Virus record (IMG/VR): IMGVR_UViG_3300030055_000004
Length of the DNA: 64,000 nt
Strand: one strand, 5' to 3'
DNA from: a virus
Taxonomy: Duplodnaviria > Heunggongvirae > Uroviricota > Caudoviricetes
Position numbers and translations under genes: made by a program. Each line of letters begins with the position of its first letter. Position 1 is the stretch's first letter. Below the pieces are notes generated by a model, which ran no database searches, was not told where the DNA came from, and saw only the letters and a list, made by a program, of their open reading frames with translations. This document shows, in pieces, positions 57,534 to 64,000 of this stretch.

Positions 57534-59122
57534 TAGTATAATGTAGTATAAGACATTGTAAATTGATTAAATGTAATAGATTGTCTTTTGCCATGTTTAT
57601 TTAATGTTACTCCATTATATGCCCAGCCAGATAATCCACTATTATATCCATGTTGTTTAGAACATGAAATACCTACTTGATAACATCCTCCAACAATTGA
57701 TGGTGAGTGCGAATGACCAATAATTGTTTTAGATGATAGTTGAGCAAATGATTTAATACTTCCTTTAGAACCATTAGGTCCTTTATGCCCATGTAATGCT
57801 AATTCTATATTATTTTTAATATAAGAATCATTAACTCCTAATGCAGTGATTTTATTAAATCTATCATTTATATAATAAGGTATAATACCATCTTTAGCTT
57901 TACCAGATAATGTTAATGATAACATTTCTACAAATAATTCAGCATTTTTAATATGTTCTTGCCAAGTAGTTTGATACATTGCTCTATCAAGCATATCATC
58001 ATGATTTGATCCTACTACTATAGTTTTTTTCATATTGTTATTAAACCAATTCAATTCAGTATTCATTTGATCTAATTCTTTCCTTAAATCATCTTTTCCT
58101 TCTTTCATTAATTGAAATTGCACTATTGGGTTTTTAATATTATGAACATTTATAGATTGACTATCCCAAACATCATGTAAGACTGACATTTCAATTTTTA
58201 AATCATAGCATAATTTACGAAAAGCATTAGTTACACGATCTTCTTTTTGAGCAAAATGACTGTCCCCCCAAACTAAACATTCTACTGCTTCTTTTGTAAC
58301 TACTCCATTTTGAACTCTATAAATTAAATCATTAAATTCTCCAAATTCATTAGCAGATACACTTCTAGTATGAACTACTTCATCACTTTCAATTTCTACT
58401 ACTATAAATCCATAAGAATGATTTTCAGCTGCTTTACCACCTGCAACAGTATCAGTAAAACTAGGCATAGTTACACTGCCAGTTGAAAAAAGAAATTTTT
58501 CTTTTTGACCTGGTAAAACTGCTACAGAACGCATTTCTATTTTAGGATTACCAACAATACAAGATGCATGTCCTCCAAATAACTCAATTCCACTAGTTGG
58601 ACTAGGACAAGTTGCTTGTATTTTTAAATCAGCCAATACTACTAAATCATTATGTAGAAATTGTCTAGTTGCAATTAAATATTCTTGAACTTCTTTAGCC
58701 CAGACATCCCTTCCTTCACACCATATTGAAGTAGGATTTTTATATCTTGAAACTATAATTCCAATTTCTGCATCAATAAATTTTGCATAAGCTTTTATAT
58801 TATTTAAAAAACTTATATTTACTGGAGATGCATTTTGAGCACTTGAAATTATGTATCTTTTTTTCTTTTTTAATGTATGTAGTTTAGCTGCTGAGAATTG
58901 AGTAGGATATAATACAATATTTAAAGATTCAAGCCAAATTTTTATAACATCTAATTCTACTTTGAAATGATCTGTTAAAATATCTAATTTACCTTGAATT
59001 GTATATTCTTCATTTTTACAAATTCTTCTAATAGTGTCTTTATCAATATCAGAAAGATCTGGTTTAGTAATTTCAACTGTATTAACTGTTCCAACTTTTT
59101 CTACATTTTCTTCTTTATTCAT
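57533..59122 (-). CDS. Calcineurin-like metallophosphoesterase resembling T5 A1-type proteins (529 aa)
   Basis: YIISSAQNASPVN..FL and RYKNPT N-terminal motifs; GDSH, HD, GSNHD, HGH, GHSH metal-binding motifs. Confidence 0.75.
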   Translation of the reverse strand: MNKEENVEKVGTVNTVEITKPDLSDIDKDTIRRICKNEEYTIQGKLDILTDHFKVELDVIKIWLESLNIVLYPTQFSAAKLHTLKKKKRYIISSAQNASPVNISFLNNIKAYAKFIDAEIGIIVSRYKNPTSIWCEGRDVWAKEVQEYLIATRQFLHNDLVVLADLKIQATCPSPTSGIELFGGHASCIVGNPKIEMRSVAVLPGQKEKFLFSTGSVTMPSFTDTVAGGKAAENHSYGFIVVEIESDEVVHTRSVSANEFGEFNDLIYRVQNGVVTKEAVECLVWGDSHFAQKEDRVTNAFRKLCYDLKIEMSVLHDVWDSQSINVHNIKNPIVQFQLMKEGKDDLRKELDQMNTELNWFNNNMKKTIVVGSNHDDMLDRAMYQTTWQEHIKNAELFVEMLSLTLSGKAKDGIIPYYINDRFNKITALGVNDSYIKNNIELALHGHKGPNGSKGSIKSFAQLSSKTIIGHSHSPSIVGGCYQVGISCSKQHGYNSGLSGWAYNGVTLNKHGKRQSITFNQFTMSYTTLY

Positions 59123-59167
59123 TTTCAATTTTTTATGGGTTGTACCCCGTTAATTCGTGTATTAATG

Positions 59168-59202
59168 AAAAAAGGCCGATAGAATTTAATCTACCGACCT
59201 TT
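59168..59202 (-). terminator. Intrinsic terminator
   Basis: GGTCGGTAGA-TTAAAT-TCTATCGGCC-TTTTTT on the - strand. Confidence 0.85.
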
Positions 59203-59313
59203 ATTTTTTTATACTTTTATACTGTATTCAGTAAATGACTTACGACATTACTCGACTCAATATCCAATAGAGTTTCAGCTTCCTATTAACGGTAGAAGAT
59301 TCCGTATTGAATC

Positions 59314-59937
59314 TTACAATTCAACTCCAAAAGCAACATAAGTTCCTTCTTTTGCAGAGATAGATGGAGTATAAACACCATAAGCTGCAATTGCACTTCC
59401 TTCTACTACTTCTTTAGCAATTATAGTTACATAATCACGTTTTTCAGCAGAAATCCAATCTTTCATTTCGTCTAATGCTTCTGATTTTTTATCAGCAGTA
59501 GCTACAACAGAACCTAAAGAAATAATTTCAGCAGTTAAAACTTCTTTAACTGTTACAATACCTTCTGCATCAGTTTCATTTACTTTAACTAATTTAGTAG
59601 CTAATTCAGCTTCTACAATTTGGTGAGTACGTTTGAATTTACGAGCACCATCTGTAATAACAGAAATAACTTTATAAGGACGTTCACGAGTATCAGCAAT
59701 ACCTGATTCAACAATTACATAAGCTCCTAGACCTTCTTTAAATTTGGTTTTCTTTTTTAATTGTTCAGAAGCGAATACCTTGAACGCACTAGTACCATTT
59801 GCAGGTTTTCCAGCTTTAATCCATGCTTGTGTAGCATTTGAACCTGACAATGTTAATACATCAAATCCGATTTTTTCTGTTGCTAATGCTTCTACTTTGG
59901 TAAATCCTGTTGCTTCTTTAATTTTTACTTGATTCAT
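59314..59937 (-). CDS. Highly expressed conserved crAss-like protein (207 aa), function unknown
   Basis: Own consensus promoter and terminator; strongly biased codons (CGT, GCT, GAA). Confidence 0.8.
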   Translation of the reverse strand: MNQVKIKEATGFTKVEALATEKIGFDVLTLSGSNATQAWIKAGKPANGTSAFKVFASEQLKKKTKFKEGLGAYVIVESGIADTRERPYKVISVITDGARKFKRTHQIVEAELATKLVKVNETDAEGIVTVKEVLTAEIISLGSVVATADKKSEALDEMKDWISAEKRDYVTIIAKEVVEGSAIAAYGVYTPSISAKEGTYVAFGVEL

Positions 59938-60008
59938 AATTTTAATTTTTACTTATTAATTCATTAATATTTTATATCTAATTGTATTTATTATCTCCTT
60001 TTGTTATA

Positions 60009-60040
60009 CAAAGATACTGCTTTTTTTCCATTTCACCAAA
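60009..60040 (-). promoter_or_regulatory. Consensus Bacteroidota promoter
   Basis: TTTG - 20 nt - TATCTTTG on the - strand. Confidence 0.85.
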
Positions 60041-60108
60041 TGTTTTGGTAAATATTTTCAAAAAAAGTATCTTTTTATTACACAACATTTTTTTAATTTT
60101 TATTTAGA

Positions 60109-61047
60109 TTAAAATCCTAATACAGGTTTGTTATGTTCAAAACTGTCATATCGTTTCTTAGTTAAAGGATTTTTAATCTGTTCAATAACTTGATCAAAAT
60201 TATTACCTAAAACATAAGTTCCAATAAATAATTCTTTTAATTGAGATATAGAGAATTTTGTAGTACTATTTACAAATTTTTCTATATCAATTTTTTCAAC
60301 ACCTTTATTTTCAAAAAATATTGTTCTAGATTCTGAAGATGGGAAATCAATAATAACTCTCATATCTATTCTACTAGGACGTAATAATGCATCTGACAAT
60401 CCAGATGAATCATTTGTTGTAGCAATAACTAAATGATGATTTATTGACATTTTACCATCCAAAAAATCCAGTAATTGAGGTTCAATTGGTCCTGTTGCAA
60501 TTTTATCAATATCCTCAATGACAGTGATTATTTTGCGAGTTGGTTCAATTTTTCTTAATATATTTTTATAAAAATCATATATTATTGTGAAATCTTGTGA
60601 AGAACCTACTAAAAATACAATTCCATCTTCCTTTAATAATTCATTTATTAATAAAGTAATAGTGGCAGTTTTACCTGTACCTGGAGGACCTTCCAATAGA
60701 ATTCCTCTTTTATGTATCATCCCATACTCAGCAAATTTAGGAGTTCTCTCCCAAAATTTCTTTGATTCTTGAAGAATTGTAATAGTTTGAGAATCTGGTA
60801 ATAAATATAAAGAATCTGAAATAAGTTTTTGTGGAATACACGTAACTTTATCTCCAAGAACTCCTAATTTATAAACTCCAGACTTTACTCTCTTAACTAC
60901 TTCTACTTCAATAGCAGGATAATAATTTCCTTTCTCATAAATCCAACTAGAAAAATTATTTTCCAAATAGTATTTTTCAACATCTGAATTTTCTAATTCT
61001 CCACTAGCAACTAAACTATTAATAGTTATTTTTTTAGTATCACTCAT
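60109..61047 (-). CDS. AAA+ ATPase (312 aa)
   Basis: GILLEGPPGTGKT, IEDID, TTN, ALLRPSRID. Confidence 0.93.
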   Translation of the reverse strand: MSDTKKITINSLVASGELENSDVEKYYLENNFSSWIYEKGNYYPAIEVEVVKRVKSGVYKLGVLGDKVTCIPQKLISDSLYLLPDSQTITILQESKKFWERTPKFAEYGMIHKRGILLEGPPGTGKTATITLLINELLKEDGIVFLVGSSQDFTIIYDFYKNILRKIEPTRKIITVIEDIDKIATGPIEPQLLDFLDGKMSINHHLVIATTNDSSGLSDALLRPSRIDMRVIIDFPSSESRTIFFENKGVEKIDIEKFVNSTTKFSISQLKELFIGTYVLGNNFDQVIEQIKNPLTKKRYDSFEHNKPVLGF

Positions 61048-61050
61048 ACT

Positions 61051-61428
61051 TTAAAAAGGTAACCATTCAGCTAATAGTTCTTTAATACGTTTAATAATTT
61101 CCCCAGAAGACGTACATCCTAAAGAACTAATATCATCTACTCCAAACATCATATCATCACATACAATACTTAATCCTATTAGGAAATTATCATATGCATT
61201 ATTATAATTTAATACATGACCTACTATTTTTTCAATTACATCTTTAGTTGTAACAGTTTTACTATCAGTAGACATTTTTTGACTAACTAAACAAATTAAT
61301 GTTATTAAGTCTAATTTATTAACTAATTTACCTGAGGTTTGATTTCCCATAGTAAATAAAGAGGAATATAAAGTCCTCTTATCATCATAAGATGCATTAA
61401 TAATAATTTTTTCTATTTGTTCTTTCAT
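61051..61428 (-). CDS. Hypothetical protein (125 aa)
   Basis: ORF in operon orientation. Confidence 0.75.
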   Translation of the reverse strand: MKEQIEKIIINASYDDKRTLYSSLFTMGNQTSGKLVNKLDLITLICLVSQKMSTDSKTVTTKDVIEKIVGHVLNYNNAYDNFLIGLSIVCDDMMFGVDDISSLGCTSSGEIIKRIKELLAEWLPF

Positions 61429-62525
61429 TATTCTTCTTCATTTATTACAACATCATATCCATTTAATTCATGGAATGCTACTCTACATAATAATTCTTTT
61501 AATTCAGTCATTCCAGCAGCAATAAATTTTTGTGGTACATTATGTAAACGAGTATTAAAATCTGGAAGAGATTGTACTACTGCTACATTTACTTTATAAG
61601 AGTACCCATCATATCCTAATGATTTACAATACATTTGTAAAACTATTAAATATAAAGCTAATTGTCTTGCATAATGATACTTTTGAAAACTACCATCAAT
61701 CCAATACATATTACCATTTCTATTTCCTTTATCATCTAATTCAGGAATATTATTACCCATAAAATAATCAACATTCTTAGCACTAGTTTTTAAATCATTA
61801 AGATGTATAGTTTTCTCTGAAGGGTCAATTCTATAGTTATCTAATTTACTTTTTAAAGGTATAATAACTGATCTGCCATCAGGTAAAGTTACATTCACAT
61901 CTACAAATAAAGCATCTTCATTATAAATTATACATGAATCAAAGAAATTTTGTCCAAATAGTGCATATCTTAATTTAGGATTACTATTTAAATTCTTAAT
62001 ACAAGACTTGCAATCATCTTGTTGTTTTCTACTAAGTACTATAACTTCTCTACCTTGCGCATCTTCATATAATCCATGCATTACTGCTAGATAATATGGT
62101 AGACTTTTAGTAATAGCTGTTTTAATAATTTTATCAGATAACTTACCACTATAATAATCAGCACTTACAGAAGCTTCTATAGATGCATCGATCAGACTTA
62201 AACCTTTCAATCTAAACTTTCTAAATTCATCAACAAATACTCCTAATTTAGCAGTAGGTTTTTCACTATAATCACTTAATACAAAATCATTTGGTTGAAG
62301 AAATAAAGCATGTACTGCTGATCCAAAATCAAATGAAGAATTATAAGATGATTTCAATCCATCTCTATATTTTTGTGGAGAACCATCCTGTGCAGGATTA
62401 ATATAAGATAATTTAGAGTTACTCGAATACCCTTTATAGGCATCCGAGAAGTACTCTACATCTGACATTTCTTTTTTATTTACTGTTTCAAGTAAAAAAT
62501 TAACTTTATAGTTTGTTAAATTCAC
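61428..62525 (-). CDS. PD-(D/E)xK nuclease, RecE/exonuclease VIII (DUF3799)-like (365 aa)
   Basis: SNSKL, FGSAVHALFLQP, KSKLD, DLKT, HYARQLALY. Confidence 0.8.
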   Translation of the reverse strand: MNLTNYKVNFLLETVNKKEMSDVEYFSDAYKGYSSNSKLSYINPAQDGSPQKYRDGLKSSYNSSFDFGSAVHALFLQPNDFVLSDYSEKPTAKLGVFVDEFRKFRLKGLSLIDASIEASVSADYYSGKLSDKIIKTAITKSLPYYLAVMHGLYEDAQGREVIVLSRKQQDDCKSCIKNLNSNPKLRYALFGQNFFDSCIIYNEDALFVDVNVTLPDGRSVIIPLKSKLDNYRIDPSEKTIHLNDLKTSAKNVDYFMGNNIPELDDKGNRNGNMYWIDGSFQKYHYARQLALYLIVLQMYCKSLGYDGYSYKVNVAVVQSLPDFNTRLHNVPQKFIAAGMTELKELLCRVAFHELNGYDVVINEEE

Positions 62526-63000
62526 TATATTTTTCTTTAATTTCCGCTAGAGTTAGCGTATAAATACGATAAGGAGTTTCAAATCCTTGATTATGTGGGG
62601 CATCCATTAAAAGACATGGAATTCCAGATTTATTAATTTTCATAAAATTACTAATAGAATCATCCACAAATACATCTACTTTACCTTTTATCATAGTAGA
62701 TTTATCACCCCTTTGATAGTACATTTGATATACACTTCTTTCTGGAAAATGATTAGCAGCAAGCCAATCTTTAGTCCAAGTTTTTGGTGAAATTCTTTTT
62801 GTACAGTAAATGGCGGGAACAAAATCAATATCTCTTAATTTTGGAAGTGTTACCCAAAATTCTCTATTAGTTTTTAATTTTAATACATTTTTGGTAATGT
62901 TAGCATCTACCATATCTTTTGGTTTGGTAAATGTTACTTTATACATATCAAAAAAGCCTGCTAAGACATCATCTATGTCTAATCCTATTCTTAAATTCAT
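62506..63000 (-). CDS. HAD-family 5'(3')-deoxyribonucleotidase-like protein (164 aa)
   Basis: IGLDIDDVLA and VFVDD motifs. Confidence 0.85.
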   Translation of the reverse strand: MNLRIGLDIDDVLAGFFDMYKVTFTKPKDMVDANITKNVLKLKTNREFWVTLPKLRDIDFVPAIYCTKRISPKTWTKDWLAANHFPERSVYQMYYQRGDKSTMIKGKVDVFVDDSISNFMKINKSGIPCLLMDAPHNQGFETPYRIYTLTLAEIKEKYSEFNKL

Positions 63001-63001
63001 A

Positions 63002-63532
63002 TTATTTTACTTCTTCTTGTTTTTTAAATAAATTCCAAAACTGTCTATTTCCTTTTAACCAATGTTGATTATAATTATACTCTGGAGTATTACGTCTACA
63101 GATATTACGTTCAACTAAAGTACGACCTGTACCTGGTATTATGATATGATAATCTAAATTACTAGACAATGTCATACCTGCATCACGTTCTTCTAATGAA
63201 GTAAATCCACCAATTAAAATAAAGTTTGCAGCAATATTTTTTGGAGTTTTACCTGTATGAAATACATTGACCCTTGATTTATCTTCCAATAAACGATCAA
63301 ATATTTGTTGTAGCATTACTGCACAACCATTATCATCACTTATATTAAAATAAATATTTGGATCTTTTACTAATTCAGAAATTTGAACAGCATAATAATT
63401 TAAAAATTGTTTTTCTGTCAAATTTGTGTTACCAGACATAAAGATTACTTTTTTATTTTCATTAATTACTACTTCTGATCCTGCATTAACAGTTTCTGGA
63501 TTTCCTTGTTTTAATTCTTGTTCAATTACCAT
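63002..63532 (-). CDS. Hypothetical protein (176 aa)
   Basis: ORF in operon orientation. Confidence 0.75.
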   Translation of the reverse strand: MVIEQELKQGNPETVNAGSEVVINENKKVIFMSGNTNLTEKQFLNYYAVQISELVKDPNIYFNISDDNGCAVMLQQIFDRLLEDKSRVNVFHTGKTPKNIAANFILIGGFTSLEERDAGMTLSSNLDYHIIIPGTGRTLVERNICRRNTPEYNYNQHWLKGNRQFWNLFKKQEEVK

Positions 63533-63837
63533 TAAATACTATTTGCTATTGTTATTAATAAATTACAAAGTAATGGATAATCATCATTATCAATTTCTTC
63601 AATATCTTCTTTTATATCTTTAAAGAATTCTCCTGCATATTTAAATGATAAAGTACTCATCATTGTATACGGAGAAATTTGTTTTTCAGTAGAAAATAAT
63701 TCTTCTTGAATAATCTCCAAAGTGTCATTAAAATCTGAACCATTCTCTTCTAAATAATTGTTGATTTCTTCTATTAAATCATTATATTCTTTAAATTCAA
63801 AATATAGTGTTATTTGTGTTATTATATCTATAATCAT
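63532..63837 (-). CDS. Acidic hypothetical protein (101 aa)
   Basis: ORF in operon orientation. Confidence 0.7.
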   Translation of the reverse strand: MIIDIITQITLYFEFKEYNDLIEEINNYLEENGSDFNDTLEIIQEELFSTEKQISPYTMMSTLSFKYAGEFFKDIKEDIEEIDNDDYPLLCNLLITIANSI

Positions 63838-63846
63838 ATTGTTCTT

Positions 63847-64000
63847 TTATAAATTATCATTATCACGATCACATTGATCATAACCTTGTTCAAAGGCCAT
63901 TTCTAATATATTAACTAATTCATCATACAATTCTTGACTATATTCAATATTGTATATTCTTAAAATTGTAGTTAAGTGTTCTGTTAAATCTTCTTTTTCC
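63847..64000 (-). CDS. 5'-truncated acidic hypothetical protein
   Basis: Open frame (..EKEDLTEHL...AFEQGYDQCDRDNDNL) ending TAA 63847-63849. Confidence 0.6.
   Translation of the reverse strand, partial: EKEDLTEHLTTILRIYNIEYSQELYDELVNILEMAFEQGYDQCDRDNDNL

Larger units (their letters stand above)
1..64000. other. Crassvirales (crAss-like) phage genome segment; + strand late module recoded TGA=Trp, - strand early module standard code
   Basis: crAss-type MCP, giant DFDID-motif RNAP, crAss-like gene order (MCP, ring, auxiliary capsid, tail, muzzle, cargo, RNAP), Bacteroidota promoters; no host genes seen. Confidence 0.95.

Noticed and set aside
47329-63623. Short + strand ORFs and alternate-frame ORFs within - strand genes (e.g. 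47329, 48865, 48985, 50274, 52513, 60587, 62810)
   Set aside because: Fully nested in well-supported genes, with composition typical of antisense or alternate frames.
1-64000. Suppressor tRNA, other tRNAs, CRISPR array, reverse transcriptase/DGR
   Set aside because: No intergenic cloverleaf or T-loop, no regular repeat-spacer array and no RT motifs seen by eye; needs tRNAscan confirmation.

Overview
This window is about 64 kb of a very AT-rich crAss-like (Crassvirales) phage genome. Bacteroidota-type TTTG-N19/20-TAnnTTTG promoters and A-rich translation starts point to a Bacteroidota host. Two convergent modules meet at a bidirectional terminator near 46.98 kb. The + strand (1-46962) is the late/virion module: major capsid protein, ring/tail/muzzle proteins, an M15 peptidase, and the ejected cargo proteins including the giant virion RNA polymerase. 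It uses TGA as Trp: I count 46 in-frame TGAs, several at family-conserved Trp positions. The ORF track therefore fragments most of these genes, and I re-joined them by hand. The - strand (47016-64000) is the early/replication-nucleotide module: ATP-dependent ligase, dUTPase, class II RNR, an A1-like phosphoesterase, AAA ATPase, a PD-(D/E)xK nuclease, an HAD nucleotidase and many small acidic ORFs. It uses only TGG for Trp and apparently still uses TGA as stop. Two observations stand out. (1) Four consecutive giant ejected proteins (about 7550 aa) contain only 7 Cys, 6 of them within 4 residues of the termini and exactly at the three gene junctions, suggesting a head-to-tail Cys-linked chain. 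(2) A group I intron in the capsid gene has its homing endonuclease in loop L1, and its first 29 nt are a decoy copy of exon 2, so spliced and unspliced mRNAs both encode a full-length capsid protein. No suppressor tRNA, CRISPR array or reverse transcriptase was seen. All counts and family assignments are by eye, without database searches.
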